Positions 39,348 to 49,975 of a stretch of DNA of 64,000 bases are shown here, piece by piece. Under the pieces are notes generated by a model. It saw only the letters and a program-made list of their open reading frames with translations, ran no database searches and was not told the DNA's origin. This DNA comes from Candidatus Latescibacterota bacterium (GTDB taxonomy: Bacteria; Latescibacterota; UBA2968; GCA-2709665), in NCBI GenBank assembly GCA_965116875.1, contig OZ220733.1, forward strand, positions 1,440,001 to 1,504,000, in the 5' to 3' direction. Each line of letters starts with the position of its first letter. Positions within the stretch are counted from its first letter, which is position 1. A program made the position numbers and the translations under genes.

Positions 39348-40442
39348 TCAGGTATCCGGGTTCGCGACGGCATCCGCCACCGCATCGCCCACTTCGTGCG
39401 TCCCGGCGGCGCCTCCGAGATCGGCCGGGTGGTTCTTCGGATCGTCCAGCGCCCGGTCGACGGCGCGGTCGATCGTCTCCGAGGCGGCGATGGCTTCGGT
39501 ATCGTCATGACGTGCGCCCAGCCAGGAAAGCATCATCCCGGCGGAGAGAATCTGCGCCATGGGATTGGCGATACCGCTCCCGGCGATATCCGGTGCGGTT
39601 CCGTGGGACGGCTGGAAGACGCCGTAACGGTCGCCCACGTCGGCCGAGGGCGCCATCCCCATTCCGCCGATGGTTGCGGCGGCCAGGTCCGAGATGATGT
39701 CCCCGAACATATTCTCCGCGACGACAACGTCGTACCAGGCGGGGTTGCGCAACTGGTACACGGTGAATGCGTCCACGTAGGCATAGTCCCGTTCGATGCC
39801 CGGATAGGACTCAGCGACCTCGTCGTAGATCTGCCTGAAAAAGGCCATGCTCTTCAGGATGTTGGCCTTGTCCACTGACGTCACGCGGCGCCTGCCGTCG
39901 GCCGGCGCACCCTTCCGTTGCTTCGCGATTTCAAAGGCATACTTGACGATCCGCTCGGTACCGGCGCGGGTGATCACCATATTGTCCACGGCGAGGCTGT
40001 CTCCCAGCCGGACCCCGGCGCCTCGGGAGGCGTAGAGGCCCTCGGTATTCTCGCGCATGATGACGTAGTCGAGCGGCGGGTTTCCATCCAGAAGCGGAGG
40101 CACGCCCCGGTATTTCTTGATGGGCCGTATGCCGGCGTACAGGTCCAGCTCGAAGCGCAGCGTGAGTTGCGGCGCGATTTCCGTGCCGTCGGGAAAACGA
40201 ACGTCCGGATCGCCGGCGGAGCCGAAGAGTACCGCGTCGGCCTTCCTGCAGGCTTCGAGCGTGGATTCCGGAAGGTCAACCCCGGTCTCGGCGTAGCACG
40301 CGGCGCCAACCCGGTGTTCGGAAAAGGTGAAGCGGAGATCGGGATGCGGTTCCTCGAGCGCCAGTAGCACCTTGAGCGCTTCCGCGACCACTTCCGGCCC
40401 AACGCCGTCTCCGGGGAGTACCGCGATGTTGTACGTTGGCAT
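39348..40442 (-). CDS. Isocitrate/isopropylmalate/tartrate dehydrogenase family
   Basis: LPGDGVGPEV, RENTEGLY, DKAN, NMFGDIISD, HGTAPDIAG, NP. Confidence 0.92.
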   Translation of the reverse strand: MPTYNIAVLPGDGVGPEVVAEALKVLLALEEPHPDLRFTFSEHRVGAACYAETGVDLPESTLEACRKADAVLFGSAGDPDVRFPDGTEIAPQLTLRFELDLYAGIRPIKKYRGVPPLLDGNPPLDYVIMRENTEGLYASRGAGVRLGDSLAVDNMVITRAGTERIVKYAFEIAKQRKGAPADGRRRVTSVDKANILKSMAFFRQIYDEVAESYPGIERDYAYVDAFTVYQLRNPAWYDVVVAENMFGDIISDLAAATIGGMGMAPSADVGDRYGVFQPSHGTAPDIAGSGIANPMAQILSAGMMLSWLGARHDDTEAIAASETIDRAVDRALDDPKNHPADLGGAAGTHEVGDAVADAVANPDT

Positions 40443-40452
40443 GTACGTCCTT

Positions 40453-41631
40453 TCAGGAACTGCCTGTCGTCGAAGGGCGGCGGGGACGCTGGCGATCGTG
40501 CATGCCGATCCGAAATCCGCCCTCTGCGGCCACGCCCCGTTCCAGCGCGTCCGGTTCGATATCGAATCCCGCGCCTGGCGTATCGGGCACGGTCAGCCTG
40601 CCGTTTTCCATCCGCCATCCGTCCAGCGCGATGCCGGGCATATCCGCGGGGGCGGCTTCCAGGAGGCTGTAGTTGGGAATGGAAGCGGCGAAGTGGGCGT
40701 GGGCGTACCGTTCGACGACACTCCCCCAGCAGTGAGGGGCGCACTTCGCACCCCAGGGTTCAATGCGGTCCGCTGTGGCTTTCCACCATGTGAGCCCCTT
40801 GTAACGGAAGTCGTGCTGGACGATATCGATCCATCCATTCTCGACCATGCCAAAGAAGTCCGGCGGAGGCGGCCCGGACTCGCCGTCCGCCACGAGCGTA
40901 TTGTAGCCTCTCCGGTCGATGGCTACCTTAAAGGCCTCGTTGAACGCCCGGTCTTCGGGAAACGGCTCTTCGAACCAATAGATCCCGGCGTCCCTGCAGC
41001 GTTCGAGGACGTCCAGTGCGATATTGAGCGTGGTCCCGTTGTTGGCGTCAATGAGAACCTTCGCATCCGGTCCCGCGGCCTGCCGGACGGCATGGATCAC
41101 AAGCACGTCCCGGTCCGTTCCTTCCCGGACCGGCATCCAGCGCGCGCCCCGCCCGATCTTGATTTTGAAATTGCGGTAGCCGTAATCGTGCCCGGTTCGC
41201 ACTTCCTCTTGGAAGATCCTCCCCGCTTCGTTGTCGGAAACCCCCAGGTCGTCGATATAGATGGAGCCGTCGTAGAGTTCGACGTCCCGCGAACCACGGG
41301 CGCCAAGGAGCCGGTAAAGGGGCGCGCCTTCACATCTGGCGGCCAGATCCCACAGGGGCAGATCGATGGCCGCGCCATCACCGGTTGACCCGCCGGGAAG
41401 CTCAAAAAGATCCGAAGGGCGCACACCGAGCAACGCTTCGGCGCGCTCCCTGTCCAGGGCAGACCAGCCGATGCCCACGGCGCCGCCCGCGGTGGAGATG
41501 CGTATGACCGGGTCGGTAACGGACGGACCGTGTACGCCGATACGTGCGTTCGATCCGATGGTACGCGGTCGCCTGCCGTGCAGGACGACCTTTTCGATTT
41601 GGGCGATTGGGTCGGAAAAAGCGCTACGCAT
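40453..41631 (-). CDS. Mandelate racemase/enolase superfamily enzyme
   Basis: IDLPLWDL, KIKIG, DAN, WFEEP, DGE, H in APHCWG. Confidence 0.88.
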   Translation of the reverse strand: MRSAFSDPIAQIEKVVLHGRRPRTIGSNARIGVHGPSVTDPVIRISTAGGAVGIGWSALDRERAEALLGVRPSDLFELPGGSTGDGAAIDLPLWDLAARCEGAPLYRLLGARGSRDVELYDGSIYIDDLGVSDNEAGRIFQEEVRTGHDYGYRNFKIKIGRGARWMPVREGTDRDVLVIHAVRQAAGPDAKVLIDANNGTTLNIALDVLERCRDAGIYWFEEPFPEDRAFNEAFKVAIDRRGYNTLVADGESGPPPPDFFGMVENGWIDIVQHDFRYKGLTWWKATADRIEPWGAKCAPHCWGSVVERYAHAHFAASIPNYSLLEAAPADMPGIALDGWRMENGRLTVPDTPGAGFDIEPDALERGVAAEGGFRIGMHDRQRPRRPSTTGSS

Positions 41632-42017
41632 AAAGGATTTCCAGGATCAGATGTGAACGTACGATCCGATAAAGTAAGCCAAAAACAGTCGGTTGGAAAT
41701 CAAAAAAGGCGGCGTCGAAGGGCCCCTGAATCGCATACGGGAATTAGGTCTTGACGGCCGCTACAAGATGTAGTACTTTTCTGACACCGCAATGGATTAT
41801 TCCCCAATCTGTTGCGTATTCCTCACCTCCCCTTCTTTCCCCCTTTCGTCGCTATACTCGTTGTTCCAGACCCATAGCGAGCGTCCGGCGCAGTCCGGGT
41901 CATGATACGATGGATCGGCGCGGCTTGCGTTACCTCCCTGCCATTGCGCCAATTCTGACTCGTCCAGCGCATCCATTCTGAAAGTGCGGATGTCTGTGTC
42001 CTTCAGGAGGCGAAACA

Positions 42018-45000
42018 TTGTACCTTTCCAGACTGACGGCATTGGGCTTCAAATCCTTCGTACAACAATTGGATCTCTCGCTGCAGAAAGGCATTACGTG
42101 CGTTGTTGGCCCCAACGGCTGCGGCAAATCCAACGTGGTGGACGCCCTGCGCTGGGCGCTGGGCGAGCAGCGGGTCCGGTCGCTGCGCAGCAACAATATG
42201 GAGGATGTGATTTTTTCCGGAACGCGGAACCGGAAACCGCTGGGCATGGCCGAGGTATCGATCACCATCGACAACGCGGAACGGATTCTGCCGGTCGACT
42301 ATACCGAAGTGACCGTGACCCGCCGGCTGTTCCGGTCCGGGGACAGCGACTATCTGCTCAACAAGGTCCCCTGCAGGCTGAAGGATATTCAGAATCTTCT
42401 GATGGATACCGGGCTGGGCGCCCATGCGTATTCCGTCATCGAGCAGGGGATGATGGATGAAATCATTAGCGACAAACCGGAAGAAAGGCGGCGGCTGTTC
42501 GAGGAGGCGGCGGGCGTAACGCGGTATAAGTTGCAGCGGCGGGCGGCGTGGAACCGACTGGAGTCCGTCCGGCAGGATCTGCAGACTGTGGATGCTGTCA
42601 TGGCGGAGGTCGAGCGCCAGGTGAAATCGCTCGCCAGGCAGGAGAGGAAAGCCCGGCTTTACATTCAGCTCTCGGACCAGATGAAAGACCTCGAAGTCCG
42701 GCTGGGACGACACCTGTTTTTTCAGATGTCCGAAAGGTCCCGTCCGGTCGCGGATGAGACGGCGCTCCTGAAAGAGGACGTCGAGGTGGCCGCCGGAGAC
42801 ATCGCGCGCCTGGAGGCGCGCCTTGAAGACGTCCGTACCGAACTGTCCGAGCGCGATCGGGCGCTCAGAGAGGCGAACGCGGAAGTGAGCCGGCAGAGTC
42901 AACTCGTACACAGGAAAGACACCCATATCCAGGTGGCGCAGGAGAGAATCCGTTCAATTGACGCTTTTCTGGAGCAGGCGGACCGGCAACAGGAAGACAT
43001 GGCGCACCGGCGGGATGCGGCACGGAAGGAAGCGGCTGGCGCGCGGCGGCTGGAAGCGGAGGCGCGCGGGGCATTGCAACACGCGAAAAGCGCATTGGAG
43101 GCCGAGCGCCGAGAACTGGAAGCAACGAACCTGGCGCTTGACGCGCGGAGAACCCGTGCGGACGAACAGAAGTCCCACCTGATACGCGCCCTGGGTGAAC
43201 TCAGTGAAGGAAGCAGCCGGCTGGAACGCGGACGGGCGAGACTGGAGGGAATCAACCAACGCCAGTCCCGACTCGAAGCCGACGCAAAGCAGTCGGCGCT
43301 CCGCAAGGAGGAAGCGGACGCCAAAGGACGCGAAGCGAAACGGGAGATCGATCGCCTGGAACGCGACGTGGCCGACAGGATCCGGCTGAGGGAGATGGAC
43401 GCCGAAAAGTACGGGCGCCTGCTTGAACAGCAGGAGAAAATGACGGAAGAGCGCAGCCGGTTGCGGGCCGGAAGGGAGGCCGACGATGCGAGGATCGGAC
43501 TGCTGAAGAAACTTCGTGAGGGATTCGAGGGGTATTCGAGCGGCGTCCGCGCGCTGGCGGTGGAATCTCCATTTGCCGATCGCGTGCGCGGCGTGGTTGC
43601 AGACCGGATTGACGTGGACGGGCGTTACGCGACAGCCATTGAAGCTGCACTGGGACGTGCGTTGGAATGTCTTCTCGTGGACGAACCGGCAGATGCATTG
43701 AACGCCATCGACTACCTGCAGTCGGGCGACCTCGGATCGGCGGCGTTTCTGCCGATGGACTCCCTTTCGAACGGTAACGGCGCGCCGTGGACGACGCCGG
43801 ATGCGGAAGGCGTGGTGGGAAGGGCGTCGGATCTCCTGCACGGCGAGGAATCTCCGGTACACGCGCTGCTCCACCGGACGCTGGTCGTGAAAACAGCAGA
43901 GAACGCGCTTGCGCTGTTGGAAGAAATGAGGACTCTCGGCGTGGACCTGGTGACCGAGAGCGGCGAGTTGTTCTCGGCTGACGGTACCATATACGGGGGT
44001 AAGACCACCGAGGATGGAACGGGCCTGATCGGGCGCAGGCAGGAGATTGAAACGCTTGAAGCAAGCCTGAGCGCCGCAGGCGAGGCGCTGCAGTCGCTGG
44101 ATACGAGACTCGAAGAGACCTCCGCATCGCTGGTCGAAATGCAAGCCCGTATCAACGAAACCGACGGGATTCTGGCGGACCTGAACAACCGTCTGGCCGC
44201 AAGCCGCAGGGACCTGCAGATTGCCCGGGAGGAAGAGCAGCGACAGTTGCGTGTGGAGGTGGAATTGCGGGATGAAATCGCCGCGGTGACGTCCGACGAA
44301 ACCGGGCTGAGAGAAGCCATCGCTTCCGAGGCGGCGGAATTGAACGTGCTGGAGAAACGACGGGAGCAGCTGGAAGCAGCAACGGGTGAGGCGGACGCGG
44401 CGTTGCGGGAGCAGGAACAGCAGCAGAGGGCCGAACAGGACGCGTTTTCAAGCCGGCAGGTGGAGATCGCATCGCTGACAGCCGGCGTGGACCGCCACGA
44501 ACATGAAGGGCAGAGGTGGACGCAGGACCTGACCGAAACCGACAGAGAGATGAAACGACTGGCCGCCGACTGCGAGGAACGGCGAAAGGAAAGACTCGGC
44601 CTGGAAAAGGCGGCCCGGGATTCCGGGAAGGAACTGGAGACCCTTCATCGCAGGCAGGACGAACTGGAATCGAAGCGGGACACGCAGGCGGAGCGTCAGC
44701 AGGCATTGTTGACGGATACCCGGCAGCTCGAAGAGGAAGTGCGGGACAAGAACCGTCGCGCGAATCAGAACAGGGACCGTCTGGTTCAGCTTCAGGCGGA
44801 GATGGCGGAACTCAGAACCGGCGCCGAGGCTCTGCGGGCGCGAATTCTGGATGAGTACGAGGTGGACGTCAGAGAAGCGGGCGCACTGGACGATCCGGAG
44901 TTCAACGCTGACGTAACGGAGAGGCAAAGAGACGAGCTACGCGAACGAATCCGTCGGATGGGTCCGGTCAATCCGGGCGCCGTGGAAGAGTACGAAGAAC

Positions 45001-45614
45001 AGAAAAATCACTACGAGTTCATGTCGAAACACCGGAGCGACCTGCTCGAGGCGGCCGAAACCCTTCAGCGGACCATTTCCCGGATCGACAGGACGGCCCG
45101 CGGCAGGTTCATGGTTACGTTCGATCAGATCAAGGAGAACTTCCGGAAGACTTTCGAGGCGTTCTTCGATGGAGGCCAGGCGGACCTCCTGATGCCCCCT
45201 GACGAAGACCCTCTGGAAGCCCCGCTGGAGATCATCGCCCGGCCGAGAGGCAAACGGCTCCAGCACATCAACCTGCTGTCGGGCGGAGAGCGGGCGCTCA
45301 CCGCGATCGCGCTCCTGTTCGCGATCTACCTGGTCAAGCCCAGTCCGTTCTGCATCCTGGACGAGGTCGACGCTCCTCTGGACGACGCCAACGTCACGCG
45401 TTTCGTGCGGGTCCTCAAGCGGTTCGCGGCCGACACCCAGTTCATTGTGGTAACCCACAACAAGGTGACGATGGACGCGGCGGACTGCCTGCACGGGATT
45501 ACGATGGAAGAACCGGGGGTATCCAGGCTGGTATCGGTAAGACTGGACCACGAAACCCACGGTGGCAACGGGCAGGCGGAAGCCGTGGCCGCAACCACGG
45601 CCGCCGACGACTGA
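42018..45614 (+). CDS. smc: Chromosome segregation protein SMC
   Basis: GFKSF, GPNGCGKSN, coiled coils, hinge, LSGGE, LDEVDAPLD. Confidence 0.97.
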   Translation: MYLSRLTALGFKSFVQQLDLSLQKGITCVVGPNGCGKSNVVDALRWALGEQRVRSLRSNNMEDVIFSGTRNRKPLGMAEVSITIDNAERILPVDYTEVTVTRRLFRSGDSDYLLNKVPCRLKDIQNLLMDTGLGAHAYSVIEQGMMDEIISDKPEERRRLFEEAAGVTRYKLQRRAAWNRLESVRQDLQTVDAVMAEVERQVKSLARQERKARLYIQLSDQMKDLEVRLGRHLFFQMSERSRPVADETALLKEDVEVAAGDIARLEARLEDVRTELSERDRALREANAEVSRQSQLVHRKDTHIQVAQERIRSIDAFLEQADRQQEDMAHRRDAARKEAAGARRLEAEARGALQHAKSALEAERRELEATNLALDARRTRADEQKSHLIRALGELSEGSSRLERGRARLEGINQRQSRLEADAKQSALRKEEADAKGREAKREIDRLERDVADRIRLREMDAEKYGRLLEQQEKMTEERSRLRAGREADDARIGLLKKLREGFEGYSSGVRALAVESPFADRVRGVVADRIDVDGRYATAIEAALGRALECLLVDEPADALNAIDYLQSGDLGSAAFLPMDSLSNGNGAPWTTPDAEGVVGRASDLLHGEESPVHALLHRTLVVKTAENALALLEEMRTLGVDLVTESGELFSADGTIYGGKTTEDGTGLIGRRQEIETLEASLSAAGEALQSLDTRLEETSASLVEMQARINETDGILADLNNRLAASRRDLQIAREEEQRQLRVEVELRDEIAAVTSDETGLREAIASEAAELNVLEKRREQLEAATGEADAALREQEQQQRAEQDAFSSRQVEIASLTAGVDRHEHEGQRWTQDLTETDREMKRLAADCEERRKERLGLEKAARDSGKELETLHRRQDELESKRDTQAERQQALLTDTRQLEEEVRDKNRRANQNRDRLVQLQAEMAELRTGAEALRARILDEYEVDVREAGALDDPEFNADVTERQRDELRERIRRMGPVNPGAVEEYEEQKNHYEFMSKHRSDLLEAAETLQRTISRIDRTARGRFMVTFDQIKENFRKTFEAFFDGGQADLLMPPDEDPLEAPLEIIARPRGKRLQHINLLSGGERALTAIALLFAIYLVKPSPFCILDEVDAPLDDANVTRFVRVLKRFAADTQFIVVTHNKVTMDAADCLHGITMEEPGVSRLVSVRLDHETHGGNGQAEAVAATTAADD

Positions 45615-45657
45615 ACGCATCGAGCCTGACATCAGGGTTGACGTATATTGGATCTGT

Positions 45658-47733
45658 TCAAACCGAACCCAGGCTCTTCAGGATCTTCGCGACCACGCCA
45701 TCCGTATCGCGTATTCCCAATCCGCCCAGGCGCTCCAGGACCATCCCCTGCGGATCGACCAGGAAATAGGCCGGTATCCCGCGAACATTGTAGTCGACGG
45801 CGGGTCCGGAACCGGAGACCCCGGAGCGCACGTGCACCCCTTCGATCCCGTGTTTTTCGATGGCCTTGCGCCATGCCGCGTCGCTGGAGTCCAGCGAAAG
45901 GTTGACGAAAACCACCGGCTGTCCGGCGGTTTCTTTTTTAATTTTTCGCAGAAAGGGCAAATCGACGATGCACGGCCCGCACCAACTCGCCCAGAAATCC
46001 AGCAGGACCACCTTGCCCCTGAACTGGCTCAGCGATACGGATTGGCCGTCGAGGTCCGTCAACGTAAAATCCGGCGCCGGACGCCCCGGTCGCAACGCCA
46101 TCGCCTTGTCCAGGGCCTCCAGAACCGCCGCGTTGTATTCCGGATAGGGGTTGGTCGCCCGAAAATCCTGCCACTTGCGATTGGCCCACGCAAAACTGTC
46201 GCCACCGCGCTGAAACCCACGAATCAATTCCCCGGCAAGGAACCAATAAAGCACTTTCCCCTTCAATTTCTTCTCGGCCAGTTCGATCCTTTGTGGCAGC
46301 GCCGGTATCGACCGTCTCTTGATCGCATAGATCGAATCGAGCTTTGCCTGCGCCGCCAGCGTCAGTCCCAGCCCGGCGAGATCCAGTTTGTCGGACAGTC
46401 TGAGCGGTCGGCGGTTATCGTAGAGCGAGTCGAGGTGTGCGCCGATCCCGGGCGATCGTTCCAGTGCCGATAGATCCACCATTTCCGATAATTTCAATGT
46501 CTTCCGGTACGACTTCAATCCATCCGGGGACGCTGCGCCGTCCTCATCGGGCAGCCGGAAGACCAGCGCGCCGCCCGTGGTATCAATCTTCGGCTCTTTC
46601 AGGTCCTTTGAGGTGGCAATCCTGTACGATCCATCACTCTTCGCGTAGAAGGAGTCGATCTCTGCCCGGGCCGCTTCCGACAAGCCCATCTTCTCCAGAT
46701 CCAGCATGTCGGATAGCCTGGATTTTCTCCTGTTGTCGTACAGGGAATCCAACCTGGCCCCGGCAGATTGCTGCAGGCCGATCCCTGAAAGATCGATCAT
46801 GTCCGACAGCCTCCGACGCCTGGTGCGGTTTTCGTACAGCGAGTCGAGCCGGGCGACGGTCGATTCCGGCAGATCAAGAGCAGCAAGGTCGTACAATCCC
46901 GATAATCTTGTCGGCCCGGGCCTCTTCATCATTTCCAGATCCATTGTCCGTACAAGGTAGGTTGGATACGTGTCCACACCGATCGCCTTCTCGTCGACAA
47001 GCGGGATCCTTTTGAGGAAGTCATAGAATCCGGGCGGGATATTCTCGTTCTCCCGGCCCGTGGCGCGCCGGTAATTGGTCGGGTATGAAATCTTCAGAAA
47101 TGCATACATGTAGTTGAAAAAACGTTCCGCATGCTCGATGAATCCGGGCGACAACGCGTATCTCGTGCGTCGCCGGTTCAGGAATTCAATCTGGTCCGCG
47201 CGCCATCCGTCCACGAGGCGGGAAAAGTCTCCCGCGTCCGCATCCCTGGCATCCCCGATCTTCCGCTGGAAGTCCCGGAACCGGGGGTACCATTCGGCAA
47301 TGAAGCGGTTGTTGTCCGCGTTCCGGCCGCTGTACCCGTAAGAGGTGTAGAGACGTCCAGGATGGATCCGGATGTGCAGGCTGTCCCCCGGTTCGACAAA
47401 CATCACCAGCGGACCGGGATTGAAAACGTACGACGCGGCCTGCCGGGCCCATTTCCATGGGATGCTTCTGCCCTTGTAGCTTCCGATTACAAGGGTCCCG
47501 CGGACGACGGGAATCTCCAGACTAAATCGGTTCCGGCTGTCCAGGGTCGCTTTTTGCTCCACCTTCCTGCCCAACGCCGTCGGCGTGTCGTACCTGAACG
47601 TGATTTCCCTGGACGTCGGGTCCCGGACTTCACCGGTGACAATCGCGACCGATGGCTCACTGCTTTCTGCGCCCGGACAGGCAGTTGATATCGCGAGAAT
47701 GGAGAGCAGAATGAGACGACATGTGTTCTTCAT
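45658..47733 (-). CDS. Exported TlpA/ResA-type redoxin with long N-terminal region and five internal repeats
   Basis: Signal peptide; C-terminal APDFTL...GKVVLLDFWASWCGPC...GIP; start trimmed to MKNTC. Confidence 0.88.
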   Translation of the reverse strand: MKNTCRLILLSILAISTACPGAESSEPSVAIVTGEVRDPTSREITFRYDTPTALGRKVEQKATLDSRNRFSLEIPVVRGTLVIGSYKGRSIPWKWARQAASYVFNPGPLVMFVEPGDSLHIRIHPGRLYTSYGYSGRNADNNRFIAEWYPRFRDFQRKIGDARDADAGDFSRLVDGWRADQIEFLNRRRTRYALSPGFIEHAERFFNYMYAFLKISYPTNYRRATGRENENIPPGFYDFLKRIPLVDEKAIGVDTYPTYLVRTMDLEMMKRPGPTRLSGLYDLAALDLPESTVARLDSLYENRTRRRRLSDMIDLSGIGLQQSAGARLDSLYDNRRKSRLSDMLDLEKMGLSEAARAEIDSFYAKSDGSYRIATSKDLKEPKIDTTGGALVFRLPDEDGAASPDGLKSYRKTLKLSEMVDLSALERSPGIGAHLDSLYDNRRPLRLSDKLDLAGLGLTLAAQAKLDSIYAIKRRSIPALPQRIELAEKKLKGKVLYWFLAGELIRGFQRGGDSFAWANRKWQDFRATNPYPEYNAAVLEALDKAMALRPGRPAPDFTLTDLDGQSVSLSQFRGKVVLLDFWASWCGPCIVDLPFLRKIKKETAGQPVVFVNLSLDSSDAAWRKAIEKHGIEGVHVRSGVSGSGPAVDYNVRGIPAYFLVDPQGMVLERLGGLGIRDTDGVVAKILKSLGSV

Positions 47734-47788
47734 GAATCGATCCCTCTGAGCGGGTTTCGGGTTATTGCACCCCAAAGTACGAGATTAA

Positions 47789-49636
47789 TCAAACTAAATG
47801 GTCAAGTGTATATTGGAGCAATGGATCTGCTGTTTCCTCGTACTCGGATAGTTCCTCCGCCTTTGGTGAGATATCAGGCAGTGTGCCACGAGTTTCATCG
47901 CCCGCTTCAGGCGTAGCGGCATAATACAACATTGCTGAAACGCGAAACCTGATACCACTCAACGGGAGTAAACCGGTCAAAGCATCGCCAGTGCTTTGCC
48001 TTCTCCCGCCAGTCTCTTCACCTACAAGCTGGCCCAGTCCGTGATCCTTCACGACAGCGGCAAACTCGGCTGCCGCCGAAAAGGTACAAGGACCAATCAG
48101 CACGTAGAGATCGCCCTTAAACAGGTCCTCTCGCCGCTGAGGTTTTACCGGGTCGTCCGACTCCGAAAGAATCAACCCGGCCAGGTCGCCATAACGGGAG
48201 TAATCCGAATGCTGCTCGATCAGCAGGTCCGAAATTTTAATATCGACGCGAGACCACAACTTGAACGGCTTCTCTGTAAGAAACTCAAGCAGAAAAACGA
48301 CAAGATCCGGATTTCCACCACCGTTTTGGCGTATGTCTATGATAAGGCGCTGAGATTTCTTCGCCCTCAATTCACTGAATAGCTCAGCCATATACGTCCT
48401 TCTAACGTCTGTATCAACGAAACTTTCACAATTGAAATAGCACGTATTGTCGTCACGATAGAAGTGATGGAATCCTTCCGACTCCTCTCCTTCAGGTAAG
48501 AGTTCGTCGTATTCGCGCAATGAGGTTAAGTCAATTCGGCGTGTTGAGGTCTCATGTTTTTCCAAAAATCGCATCGTTACGTGACTTTCTGCAAACAACG
48601 CGCACCACGCTCCGTAGAGTCGCTGGTTATCTAAGAATTGCACGAAACGGTGAGTATCAGATTCCCCGGAAATCCTGCACAAGGCTGGCTGCAGAAACTC
48701 CTTAATCGGTCTATCGTCTACGGATACAAGTGATTTCCCTGTCAAATCCTCCAAACCAGGTATGGTATCCTTTACTGCCAAATCATCGAAGCGACGTTTC
48801 AACCGAAATGGAAACATAAGCACATCGGGATTGGCTGCTTCAATGATAGGTACAACAGGCATGATCTCAGTATGCCCATCCTTTAAACAGGCGGCAGCCT
48901 CAGCAAGTATACCTGAGAGATCGGGGTGCGAAATATGGCCGCTCGATGCTTCCAGCCGCTGCAGTCGACAGCGAATGGATTTCTTCAGATCCAGATAGTC
49001 CTGTCCCGCAATATGACGCAAGGGAAAGGGATGTACCCTCTCAAGTGTTGCAAAAAAGAAGTCTGCGTCGACCTGGGCATCAGCAGCAGAGAATACCAGA
49101 GGAGCGAAATTATCGTCCAGATTTCCGCCATTGATGACTTGATCTTCTAATGTGACAATAAACGTATGGTTCAACTTCAGACATCTTTTCATGTCCGCCA
49201 GGACAGTAGGGCTAGGTGCACAAAAGGCCACAATATGACCGTCTCCCAGGGGATTGTGGCCGACGCCAGAGAATCCAATGTCGCCCATCTCGCCTTCGAC
49301 AAGACACTTCTGTTCTTCTTCTGATAGAGCGAATGGCGTTTCATTAAGCGCTGAAAAGACAAGATGGTTGGGTTTCGGATCGAATAAGCCGTAAACCACA
49401 TAATTTCCGTTCTTAAGACTGAGGCGTGGGAGACCTCCGACGTCGTCCGGGGCCAAAAAGCATACGCGCTGTATGGAGTGACGCTCCGACCATGCCCACC
49501 AGTATTCCTTTAAAGCCTGGATCTGTTTCTCCCATCCGGCGCGGTTGAAATCAAACATGACCAAAAGCGTATCGCCTGCTGCTTCCAATACGCGTTCAAT
49601 TGTCAACGCGGACTGCGATACCGATGAAGCATTCAT
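47789..49636 (-). CDS. S41-family peptidase with unknown N-terminal domain
   Basis: HP...DGHT, IIDIRQNGGGN, TFSAA, GEETGG, PD; AGGAG RBS. Confidence 0.82.
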   Translation of the reverse strand: MNASSVSQSALTIERVLEAAGDTLLVMFDFNRAGWEKQIQALKEYWWAWSERHSIQRVCFLAPDDVGGLPRLSLKNGNYVVYGLFDPKPNHLVFSALNETPFALSEEEQKCLVEGEMGDIGFSGVGHNPLGDGHIVAFCAPSPTVLADMKRCLKLNHTFIVTLEDQVINGGNLDDNFAPLVFSAADAQVDADFFFATLERVHPFPLRHIAGQDYLDLKKSIRCRLQRLEASSGHISHPDLSGILAEAAACLKDGHTEIMPVVPIIEAANPDVLMFPFRLKRRFDDLAVKDTIPGLEDLTGKSLVSVDDRPIKEFLQPALCRISGESDTHRFVQFLDNQRLYGAWCALFAESHVTMRFLEKHETSTRRIDLTSLREYDELLPEGEESEGFHHFYRDDNTCYFNCESFVDTDVRRTYMAELFSELRAKKSQRLIIDIRQNGGGNPDLVVFLLEFLTEKPFKLWSRVDIKISDLLIEQHSDYSRYGDLAGLILSESDDPVKPQRREDLFKGDLYVLIGPCTFSAAAEFAAVVKDHGLGQLVGEETGGRRQSTGDALTGLLPLSGIRFRVSAMLYYAATPEAGDETRGTLPDISPKAEELSEYEETADPLLQYTLDHLV

Positions 49637-49804
49637 TGTACTCGTCTCCTGTAAAGTCTATCAACACAGGCGGGTATTTCGCAGCAATTGGTTGCAGCGT
49701 TGCCGCTGACAGTTGAACCGGATTCAACGGAGACATTTCTGTCCGCGTCGGCACCGAAAAGATAGCCAATTTGCTGTTCGGAGGCGAATGGAAACGTCCG
49801 TGAG

Positions 49805-49915
49805 ATGGCATATGCGTATCGGACACCGGGTCGCCTAAAAATTCAGCAGTACCACCTTGCCCCTGAACTGGCTAAGCAATACCGGCTTTCCGACCAGATC
49901 CCTCAGCGCGAAAGC
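49805..49915 (-). pseudogene. Remnant of a TlpA redoxin domain
   Basis: AFALRDLVGKPVLLSQFRGKVVLLNF*ATRCPIR versus intact DFTLTDLDGQSVSLSQFRGKVVLLDFWASWCGPC. Confidence 0.75.
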
Positions 49916-49975
49916 TGATTTTGTGAGACGCAGTAATGCGAAAGCCACGACCAGACTTCACATCGAAAGAGTCGA

